A DNA stretch of 41,040 nt from sequence record PQ850606.1; one strand, 5' to 3'. A program made the translations under genes and the position numbers. The notes beneath the pieces are model-generated. The model had not been told where the DNA came from and did no database searches. It worked only from the letters and a program-made list of their open reading frames with translations. This document shows positions 26,784-34,378 of the stretch, in pieces (the first letter of the stretch is position 1; every line of letters begins with the position of its first letter). This DNA is from Escherichia phage HeidiAbel_Bas97.

Positions 26784-27773
26784 TTACTGTGCGCCGGTGC
26801 CCATCACCTGGCTGTTTAAATCATCAACGTCCTGCGCATCGCCGTTGGCGTTGGCGCGCTGTTCGTCATATGCGCGGGCGGCTTGCAACAATGATTGTTT
26901 GAATTCATCGCCCAGCTTTTTGCGAATTGCTGGTGGTGTTTTGTCCCAGCATTCCTGCGTGTACTGCTCACCCTGTTCTGTAACGCCGCGCAGCTTGTTG
27001 CGGTAGGCTTCCACCTTCGGATCTAACTTGTTGCCACCCTGAACCCACTGACGCAGCGCCAAACCGTCCTGTGCACTGATGTAGCCAGTTTCACGCCCTA
27101 AGATGCCGCGCAACTCTTCCGGGCACTTCATGACCTGCTGCGCGCTGCCAGAATCCCACATCATCAGGCTGGCGGTCATTTCAAACATCACGTTCTTTTC
27201 CGTCACCGGCATGATGCCTTGCGGTTCATATTCCGTTTTACCGTTGACCTTCACCAGTTTCACTTTTTCACGTGCGCGGATGCAGCAGATGATGTGCATG
27301 TTGGATTGCAACAACGCGTTCATGAAGCGTTTGTGTTCAGCCTTCGCACGGTTCCACTGTGGCTTCATCGGGTTGGCCAGGGTGGCGATTTCTTCGCAGC
27401 CGCCTGTTCCTTCCCATTCGTGGCTGATGGAGTCGATCACCAGCACTTCAACGCCTGCCTGTTCAAATTCGCGGATGGCGTCAATGTATCGCTGCGGGCT
27501 GAAAGGCGGTTCTAAATCACCAATCCAAAACGCGTCCGGGCGTTCTTTCAGTCCAAGTGATTCCTGGATTTTGTCATAAGTGTCATCGCTGGCATACAGT
27601 GAGCCACGGCGGTTTTCAGTATCGAGAAACCCAACCTTTGTGCCGTCACCGTTGGCCAGGCCATATGCCAGCATAAGTGCTGACAGGGTTTTGCCACTGC
27701 CGCTGATACCTGCCAGGCCGATGACCAGGCGCGCGCCTTCACGTTCTGCTTTACGAATATTAATTACTGCCAT
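26784..27773 (-). CDS. Sak4-like RecA-fold ATPase (single-strand annealing / recombination)
   Basis: Walker A GISGSGKT near the N-terminus; ~330 aa; sits between an exonuclease and SSB. Confidence 0.6.
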   Translation of the reverse strand: MAVINIRKAEREGARLVIGLAGISGSGKTLSALMLAYGLANGDGTKVGFLDTENRRGSLYASDDTYDKIQESLGLKERPDAFWIGDLEPPFSPQRYIDAIREFEQAGVEVLVIDSISHEWEGTGGCEEIATLANPMKPQWNRAKAEHKRFMNALLQSNMHIICCIRAREKVKLVKVNGKTEYEPQGIMPVTEKNVMFEMTASLMMWDSGSAQQVMKCPEELRGILGRETGYISAQDGLALRQWVQGGNKLDPKVEAYRNKLRGVTEQGEQYTQECWDKTPPAIRKKLGDEFKQSLLQAARAYDEQRANANGDAQDVDDLNSQVMGTGAQ

Positions 27774-27942
27774 TATTGTTGCCCTTAAATGATTTATTGA
27801 ATTTCAGGCCAGCAAACACAATCAAACTGACTGGCCACAGAAGTGCACAAACAAAAGTTACAAAGTAATCCCGCTTATCCTTGTGGAACCAGCACCCATA
27901 GAAAAAGAGCACCAGAACCAGATAGATCAGGGCGTCCATCAC
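27760..27942 (-). CDS. Small hydrophobic membrane protein (hypothetical)
   Basis: 60-aa ORF with two hydrophobic segments, translationally coupled between the exonuclease and Sak4 genes. Confidence 0.3.
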   Translation of the reverse strand: MMDALIYLVLVLFFYGCWFHKDKRDYFVTFVCALLWPVSLIVFAGLKFNKSFKGNNNGSN

Positions 27943-29057
27943 ACCGCACCCAACAGGTGTTGATTCTTGTTGGCGTGCCAGCCTGGCAGGCTGATGGTCT
28001 GGATTTTATCGCCGTAGCCAGGCCAAACACCGGTGCGCACGCATTCAGCGTACACGCGCAAATCGTGCTGGTACTGCGCGCGGCCTAAATCCACGCTTTC
28101 AGAATCCAGAACGTAGACACCAACGCCATAAGGTGGCTTCTTCTCAACCGCGATAAACACAAACGCTTTTGGGCGCTTGCCAGTGGCCTGCTGCACGCCG
28201 TCCAGGTAGTAGGCTGCCTGCACGTCATAGCGCCAGTTGGCGATTGATTTTGCGAACCCTTCCGGGCTGGCATCTTCGGTGGTTTTCAAATCCACAATCA
28301 CGTTGTCATCGCGCCACCAGTCTGGACGGCAGCGGCACAGAACGCCGGTGGTTGCATCAATCCAGTAAACAGACTTTTCCGCTTCTCCAGGGCAACTGGT
28401 CAGCAGTGAGCCAGCAGCAGGGTGCGCATGAACTGCGGCGGCCATCGCGTGCAACTGGTCCCACGTTTCCGGCGTCAGCACCATGCGGCCTGGGTTGTTT
28501 TCGGTCCATTCTGCCAGCACGTCTGACCACAGGGTGACTTTTACGCCGTTGCTGCGCAGCAGGTATGCCAAATCGTGACGGCTGCCGCTGGTAGGTAGCA
28601 GGCCGGTGCGGCTTTCGTTCGCCTTCTCGATAATGGCTTTCAGTTCCGCACCCTTCATGGCTTCCAGTTCACTGGTTTCACCGGTCCAGCCTGTGAATTC
28701 CATGATGCGTGCAATCAGTTCGTTTTTGTTTCCGCTGGTGGGCAGCTTCGCCAGGCGGCCTTCGTTCAGCTTGTTGACCATTTCCACCAGCACTTCGCGG
28801 TCATCAATGGCATCAGGCACATCAGAACGGCGCAGCGCCAGGCAATACGTATCTGCGAACACATCCGGTTCTAAAATCAGCGCGTGCGCTGCGGTGCCGA
28901 GTTCCTGTGCTGCTGTTGGCGTGCGGTCATTCGCAGCCGTCACAACAGCGTGGTAGTGCATCGGGCTGCGGTGCACCAAATCCAGGCCAGATTTACTGAT
29001 GCCTGGGCCGCCGTGGTATTCAGCGTTTGGAATACCTTCGTAAACTCCTGGTTTCAT
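27939..29057 (-). CDS. PD-(D/E)XK exonuclease (RecE/YqaJ-like)
   Basis: Start MKPGVYEGIPNAEYHG with GAGG RBS; catalytic-like IVDLKTT; the track ORF extension to 29114 is rejected. Confidence 0.7.
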   Translation of the reverse strand: MKPGVYEGIPNAEYHGGPGISKSGLDLVHRSPMHYHAVVTAANDRTPTAAQELGTAAHALILEPDVFADTYCLALRRSDVPDAIDDREVLVEMVNKLNEGRLAKLPTSGNKNELIARIMEFTGWTGETSELEAMKGAELKAIIEKANESRTGLLPTSGSRHDLAYLLRSNGVKVTLWSDVLAEWTENNPGRMVLTPETWDQLHAMAAAVHAHPAAGSLLTSCPGEAEKSVYWIDATTGVLCRCRPDWWRDDNVIVDLKTTEDASPEGFAKSIANWRYDVQAAYYLDGVQQATGKRPKAFVFIAVEKKPPYGVGVYVLDSESVDLGRAQYQHDLRVYAECVRTGVWPGYGDKIQTISLPGWHANKNQHLLGAV

Positions 29058-29113
29058 TATGTTACCTCGCAATTGACTGATGATATAACGTGATACAGCG
29101 TGAAGATGAAGCA

Positions 29114-29143
29114 AGTATAATTAAGTAATATCGTTGCTGTCAA
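29114..29143 (-). promoter_or_regulatory. Putative sigma70 promoter for the leftward recombination operon (TTGACA, 18-nt spacer, TATACT on the minus strand)
   Basis: Near-consensus hexamers about 50 nt upstream of the exonuclease ATG, overlapping the repressor gene stop. Confidence 0.4.
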
Positions 29144-29682
29144 ATCTTTCTGTTCAGTCCAATTACTTTGCCGATTACTTCCAGATCGTCATCTGTGCAG
29201 ACTTCATCAAATTTATACAGTTCGTTGTCACAAAGGACGCGCACATTGCCATCAATCCTGCGCTGACACCTTACCATCCTGGCTTCGCCATTCATTGCAA
29301 TGGCGTATATCCCGGCGTTGTCTATCCACGAAATTGACTTGTCGATGACACAGCTATCACCATTCAACAATGTGGGTTCCATCGAGTCAGTCACGACCTT
29401 TACAACGGCCAGGCTTTCCGCTGGCAGGCCGTAAAAAGCCGACATTGTTGACATCACGCCGTCATTGAAAAAAAGCGCGTTTGCAGTGACTGCGGTTGCG
29501 CTCAGTAATTCTTCTTTACGGCAACCAATAGCGTCAGCCAGCCTGTCGAGAATGGGCAGCGTTACGCGCTGCGGTTCACGTTCCCACCGGCTGACCGTCA
29601 CGGCGGTGGTTCCGAGCTTTTCAGCCACGTCCTGCAACGTCATTCCTGCCGCCTGGCGGCGCTCCCTTATGCGGTTTGGCAT
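29140..29682 (-). CDS. CI-like repressor (HTH-XRE plus S24 LexA-like peptidase domain)
   Basis: N-terminal HTH (MTLQDVAEKLGTTAVTVSRWE); C-terminal S24-like domain with Ser in DSMEPT and a downstream Lys; divergent from the rightward operon. Confidence 0.8.
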   Translation of the reverse strand: MPNRIRERRQAAGMTLQDVAEKLGTTAVTVSRWEREPQRVTLPILDRLADAIGCRKEELLSATAVTANALFFNDGVMSTMSAFYGLPAESLAVVKVVTDSMEPTLLNGDSCVIDKSISWIDNAGIYAIAMNGEARMVRCQRRIDGNVRVLCDNELYKFDEVCTDDDLEVIGKVIGLNRKI

Positions 29683-29851
29683 CGCTGCAAATCCTTAACA
29701 ATCACGCTGAATGGACGGTTACCGATACGGTTGATTCGAGTCAATCCAGAGTCTATTTTCCTGACCGGTGTGGAAACTCGCAGACGTTCTGGTGTATGAT
29801 TATGTAAATCAATTAACCGTTACAGATAATGAATAACCGTGAAGGGTAATT

Positions 29852-31267
29852 ATGGGCGTTGTGCTGCGTGACTATCAACAGGACATTATTGACAAGGGCC
29901 GCCAGGCGATGCGGCGGCATAAAAGAATACTTCTCCAGGCACCGACCGGCGCGGGCAAAACGGCCCTGGCGTCATTCATGGCCGCGCAGACTTCACAGAA
30001 GGGCCAGCAGGTTTGGTTCATTTGTCACCGCGCAGAACTGGTGCTGCAAACCAGCCTGACGTTTCGCAAGTTCGGCATTGACCACGGCTTTATTGCAGCA
30101 GGCTACCCCATGAACCTGCGCGCCGGGGTGCAGGTGTGCAGCATCGACACCCTGAAAAACCGCCTGCATACCCTGCCCGCACCTAAGCTGGCCATCATGG
30201 ACGAAGCGCACCACTGTGGCGCGGCTGGTTGGGCGCGCGTCAACGCCTGGCTGTTTGAAAATGGCGCGTATGTCATCGGCCTGTCAGCTACGCCAAAGCG
30301 CCTGGACGGCACCGGCCTGGATGACCACTTTGATGACATCGTGCTGGGGCCATCGGTGCGCTGGCTGATGGATAACGGCCACCTGTCTGATTATCGCATG
30401 TTCTGCCCGGACATCCCTGACATGAAGGGTGTACGCAAACAGATGGGCGATTTCTCAAAAGGCGAAACCGCCGAGAAGATGGATAAGCCGAAACTAACCG
30501 GCAACATCATCAGCCACTGGCTGAAATACGCCAAAGGGATGAAAACGGTTGGCTTTGCGGTCAACATTGCGCACAGCCGCCACTTAACGCAGGCATTCAT
30601 TGATTCAGGCATCCGCGCCGCACACCTGGACGGCGGCACCGATAAGGCGGAACGCAAGCGCATCATCCAGGACTACGCCAACGACAACCTGGATGTGATT
30701 TTCAACGTGTCGCTGTTCGGTGAAGGTTTCGACCTGTCAGCCATCGCACAGACTGACGTGACGATTGACTGCCTGATTGACGCACAGCCCACACAATCAT
30801 TGTCGCTGGTGTTGCAGAAAGATGGCCGCGTGTTGCGACCGTCGAAAGGCAAAACCGCTATCATCCTGGACCACGCAGGCAATGCGCTGCGTCATGGCTT
30901 CCCTGACGATGAACGGGAATGGTCACTGGCTGGCGATGACAGCGGCAGCAAATCCAGCAGTGCTGGTGGTCCACCGCCGCCAGTCATCTGCAAAGGCTGT
31001 TTCAACGCCATCCGCCGACCACTGCCGCCGAAGTGCCCGCACTGCCAGAAGGAACTACAGGCTGAAGCCAAAGAAATTGAAGTGGCAGAAGGCGAACTGC
31101 GCGAAATGGACGAACGCGCCAAAGAAAGCCTGCGCGCCAAGATGAGGCGCGAAGAAGATGCGTGCAAAGACATTGGCGCACTGACCGCCCTGGCGATGAA
31201 ACGCGGGCTGCCGAACCCATCAGGGTGGGCCATAGCGAAGATGGGCGGAAGAAGATTTAAGCGATGA
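29852..31267 (+). CDS. SF2 DEAH-box helicase with C-terminal zinc ribbon
   Basis: Motif I QAPTGAGKT, motif II MDEAHH, motif III GLSATP; C-terminal CKGC...CPHC. Confidence 0.8.
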   Translation: MGVVLRDYQQDIIDKGRQAMRRHKRILLQAPTGAGKTALASFMAAQTSQKGQQVWFICHRAELVLQTSLTFRKFGIDHGFIAAGYPMNLRAGVQVCSIDTLKNRLHTLPAPKLAIMDEAHHCGAAGWARVNAWLFENGAYVIGLSATPKRLDGTGLDDHFDDIVLGPSVRWLMDNGHLSDYRMFCPDIPDMKGVRKQMGDFSKGETAEKMDKPKLTGNIISHWLKYAKGMKTVGFAVNIAHSRHLTQAFIDSGIRAAHLDGGTDKAERKRIIQDYANDNLDVIFNVSLFGEGFDLSAIAQTDVTIDCLIDAQPTQSLSLVLQKDGRVLRPSKGKTAIILDHAGNALRHGFPDDEREWSLAGDDSGSKSSSAGGPPPPVICKGCFNAIRRPLPPKCPHCQKELQAEAKEIEVAEGELREMDERAKESLRAKMRREEDACKDIGALTALAMKRGLPNPSGWAIAKMGGRRFKR

Positions 31268-31356
31268 ATTGCAGTTGATTAATAGGTTTAAACATTTGGA
31301 GTATTTACCTAAGTAAAGGTATTATTATTTCAACGACAACAAACAGGGGCAGCAAA

Positions 31357-31515
31357 ATGAATACTACACACGACATGGGCAACAACGAAACCATCAAAAC
31401 TGGCGTATTCCCGAACACTGACGGCACTTTCACTGCCCTGACTTTTACCAAAAGCAAGACATTCAAAACCGAAGCTGGCGCGCTGAAATGGTTCAACCGC
31501 CAGATGGCTGACTAA
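31357..31515 (+). CDS. Small hypothetical protein (52 aa)
   Basis: ATG with AGGGG RBS; below the ORF-track size cutoff. Confidence 0.3.
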   Translation: MNTTHDMGNNETIKTGVFPNTDGTFTALTFTKSKTFKTEAGALKWFNRQMAD

Positions 31516-31564
31516 GACACGATGCCCCGTAACAGGGGCCAACAACAAAAGAGGAAACACCCAA

Positions 31565-32212
31565 ATGGCACGTTTAACCGCTGCAATCCGTGACGGCATC
31601 ATTGCCAACGCAATCAAAACTAAAGACTTTGCAGGCCGTGATTTGGCAATCGTTCAAAAGCGCGCTGATTTTGCTGAACGTCTGCGCAAGTACGCGCTTG
31701 CACAATATGGCCTTACTGATGCGCGCCTTACTGAAATTAAAAAGCAGATTGAAGAACTGCAAAACGAAGTTAAGCACGAAGGCGCAAGGTTCGTTCGAAT
31801 TACTTTTGACTCAACTAACCGGGCTTGGGATGTGAACCTGGCAGGACAGACGCGCAGGCTTTATCTTGATGGTACTTGTTCGGGTGAAAGCGTAAAACCG
31901 CTTTATGGTGATTCACGCGTAGAATACAGCGACGATAAAATTACTCCGCATTTCCATGAATCTGATTTCACAGTGCGCGATCCTAAATGGCGCGAAGAAC
32001 TGGACGCCATTGACCTGGAAGCGGCGCAACTGCGTGAAGAATATAACACGCTGAAATCAACGCTACGGGCCACAATTTCAGCATTCACGACTGTGGAAAA
32101 ATTGCTGGAAGCATGGCCAGACGTAAAAGAACTGATTCCAGAAACAACGCCGATTGCTAAACAACCTGGCACCGGCATTGCGCTGTCAGTCGCTGACCTG
32201 AACGCTCTGTGA
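31565..32212 (+). CDS. Hypothetical protein
   Basis: 215-aa ORF with coiled-coil-like segments. Confidence 0.5.
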   Translation: MARLTAAIRDGIIANAIKTKDFAGRDLAIVQKRADFAERLRKYALAQYGLTDARLTEIKKQIEELQNEVKHEGARFVRITFDSTNRAWDVNLAGQTRRLYLDGTCSGESVKPLYGDSRVEYSDDKITPHFHESDFTVRDPKWREELDAIDLEAAQLREEYNTLKSTLRATISAFTTVEKLLEAWPDVKELIPETTPIAKQPGTGIALSVADLNAL

Positions 32213-32276
32213 GGGATTCCGACCGGCAAATAACAAACCATGCCCGGTGCGCCGGGCAGTTCTCACAGGTGACACC

Positions 32277-32669
32277 ATGAAAAAACTTATCATCGCCGCG
32301 TTCATCCTGGCGGCCACCAGCGCAGCAGCACAGGCGCGCGAATGCCTGCCAGGCATGGACCCGGCAAAGGACAACTGCCAGGTGACGGAAGAACAGGAAC
32401 CGGCACCACAGCCGGAATTGCAGGACGTTGACCAGGTTTACTACTGCCTGGAACTGCAAAAAATCGCCGTCAAAATCGCTGAACTGCGAGACAAAGGCGC
32501 AGGCGAACAGGGCGTGGTCACCCTGCTGGCCAACAACAACCAGAACCGCATCATTTGGGTGGCGCGCCAGGTGTTCTGGCCACAATCGGCAAGCCTTCGC
32601 CCTGAACAAGTTGGCCTGCGTGTGTGGATGCGCTGCAATTCTGGTGAATATCCGGGGGCCGTCAAATGA
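32277..32669 (+). CDS. Secreted/periplasmic protein with N-terminal signal peptide
   Basis: MKKLIIAAFILAATSAAAQA then a predicted AxA cleavage site; four Cys in the mature part. Confidence 0.55.
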   Translation: MKKLIIAAFILAATSAAAQARECLPGMDPAKDNCQVTEEQEPAPQPELQDVDQVYYCLELQKIAVKIAELRDKGAGEQGVVTLLANNNQNRIIWVARQVFWPQSASLRPEQVGLRVWMRCNSGEYPGAVK

Positions 32670-32773
32670 AACTGATGCTGCGTGGCATCCTGGCGATGCT
32701 GAAAGATGAATTATTCTGGCTGCTGGTGGTTCTGGCTGCTTGCGCTGTCCTGGTGGGGGTTATCTATGGCTAA
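32666..32773 (+). CDS. Small hydrophobic peptide (35 aa)
   Basis: ATGA-coupled to the upstream gene; one predicted transmembrane helix. Confidence 0.3.
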   Translation: MKLMLRGILAMLKDELFWLLVVLAACAVLVGVIYG

Positions 32774-33176
32774 CAAAGAACACGCGTTGCAGAACGCAAT
32801 CCGCAACGCCCTGGCAGGCCGCTGCCTGCTGTTTCGCGCTAACGTGGGCAAGGCGTACACCAGCAATGACGTGGTGAAGGTGCCGCGCCAGATGCCGGTT
32901 GTGATGGGGCCGCGTGACATCCTGCTGAAAAACGCCAGGCCGTTTGACACCGGTCTGCCGCCAGGGTTTTCCGACCTGTTCGGAATGGTCAGCGTCGAAA
33001 TCACGCCTGACATGGTGGGGCAGAAAGTGGCAATCTTCACCGGCCTGGAAGTCAAAGACGGTGCCCGCGTGTCACCATTGCAGCGCAACTTCATCAACGC
33101 GGTGAACGATAACGGGGGCCGCGCCGGTGTTGTGCGGTCAGTGGATGACGCTGAAAAACTGGTATTCGGTAAATGA
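32766..33176 (+). CDS. VRR-NUC domain nuclease (PD-(D/E)XK)
   Basis: GFSDLFGMV...TGLEVKDG...QRNFI pattern matches VRR-NUC D...E-x-K...Q. Confidence 0.6.
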   Translation: MANKEHALQNAIRNALAGRCLLFRANVGKAYTSNDVVKVPRQMPVVMGPRDILLKNARPFDTGLPPGFSDLFGMVSVEITPDMVGQKVAIFTGLEVKDGARVSPLQRNFINAVNDNGGRAGVVRSVDDAEKLVFGK

Positions 33177-33251
33177 GCATAAAACACATAGCAGCCGACG
33201 CACTGCGCTACAGCGTCGAAACCGGACGATCAATGATGGAGTGGCTAAACC

Positions 33252-33416
33252 ATGATGACAATCGAAAGCATTCGCAGACTGTTTGCAGAAGCACTGGTGA
33301 CCAGGAACCACATCACGTCCCTGGCAGCGAAAACGGCAATGTGGAATCTGAACCGTTACGGCATGTTGACGCCGCTGGACATTGAAAACCTGAAAAAGAC
33401 GTGGGGTGTTGAATGA
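33252..33416 (+). CDS. Small hypothetical protein (54 aa); the overlapping track ORF 33173-33385 is an alternative
   Basis: Ends in an ATGA overlap with the next gene; plausible helical sequence. Confidence 0.3.
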   Translation: MMTIESIRRLFAEALVTRNHITSLAAKTAMWNLNRYGMLTPLDIENLKKTWGVE

Positions 33417-33649
33417 ATATTTTCAAAGTAGCAGTGCAGCGGCTGGTTGACGCCTGGAAGTTATCAGCCAGGGAAATCAGCCTGGGTTTTCAAATGGCGC
33501 TGGTGCGCGCTGGATGGCGTCCAAAGGTGCGGTCAGTGCAAGTTGTTCTGGATTACCCGAAGCCAGGGCCGCGCCGTTCACGCTTCACCGGCATTGCAGC
33601 TATGCGCCGCAAGGCACGAAAGGAGCGCAACCGGAGGGCGGCAGCATGA
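33413..33649 (+). CDS. Hypothetical basic protein
   Basis: 78 aa with Arg/Lys-rich C-terminus, ATGA-coupled. Confidence 0.4.
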   Translation: MNIFKVAVQRLVDAWKLSAREISLGFQMALVRAGWRPKVRSVQVVLDYPKPGPRRSRFTGIAAMRRKARKERNRRAAA

Positions 33650-33870
33650 ACCCGGTAGACTTCATCAAAAAACAAGTGATGGCCGAACTGGTAAAGCAAG
33701 GCGCATCACCTGGCACAGCGCAGCACGCGGCTGACTACGCGGCGCAACAGTACCGCACCACATCAGCCATCGGAAAAGACCCGTTCGCTGAACTGATACG
33801 CCTGGCCGGTGCAATGGCCATGAAGCACCAGGCCGGTTTCCGTTTCGTGATGCCGCAATCATCAAGATGA
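33646..33870 (+). CDS. Hypothetical protein
   Basis: 74 aa, GGAGGG RBS, ATGA-coupled. Confidence 0.4.
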   Translation: MNPVDFIKKQVMAELVKQGASPGTAQHAADYAAQQYRTTSAIGKDPFAELIRLAGAMAMKHQAGFRFVMPQSSR

Positions 33871-33892
33871 CGTAAGATTATTTCAAAAGATA

Positions 33893-33927
33893 TTTACTTT
33901 CGGAAATGCGCCCTGTACTATGGGCGC
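33893..33927 (+). promoter_or_regulatory. Putative promoter (TTTACT, 17-nt spacer, TACTAT) with overlapping dyad GCGCCC-N8-GGGCGC
   Basis: Hexamers and spacing immediately upstream of the HTH gene at 33951; inverted repeat spans the -10. Confidence 0.4.
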
Positions 33928-33950
33928 ATTGTTATTACGAGGCTATTACT

Positions 33951-34139
33951 ATGGACGAAAGGACAGAACGACTTCACAACATTATGGCTGAACATGGCTT
34001 AACCTGCCGCGATGTTGGCCGTTTACTTGGCCGCACTGAACAAACGGTGCTTATCTGGCGCTGTAAGGGCGGGAAAGTCATTCCAACCCACCAGCTTGAA
34101 TTGCTTGAACTGAAACTGAACGCGCAGGCAGCGCAATGA
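33951..34139 (+). CDS. Small HTH DNA-binding regulator
   Basis: 62 aa; HTH-like LTCRDVGRLLGRTEQTVLIWRCKGG. Confidence 0.5.
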   Translation: MDERTERLHNIMAEHGLTCRDVGRLLGRTEQTVLIWRCKGGKVIPTHQLELLELKLNAQAAQ

Positions 34140-34366
34140 ACGCCTGCACCTGGCAGCCAACCACAGTGACGCTGCAAGATGGGCGCGAAGTGTTGAGCGA
34201 TAGCCGGGAATGGTTGCTGGAATGCGAAGCCAAATACGTTCTGAATCAGCCAACCATTGAAGCACGGCGCACCCTGCTGGCAGCGATAGAAAAACGGCGC
34301 GGAGCAACGGCCCGCGAAGAACTAGAACAACGCGCACTGGCCATATGGCGCGCTAACAGGCCATAA
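34136..34366 (+). CDS. Hypothetical protein
   Basis: 76 aa, ATGA-coupled, immediately upstream of the primase. Confidence 0.4.
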   Translation: MNACTWQPTTVTLQDGREVLSDSREWLLECEAKYVLNQPTIEARRTLLAAIEKRRGATAREELEQRALAIWRANRP

Positions 34367-34378
34367 AATCGGGGTTCT

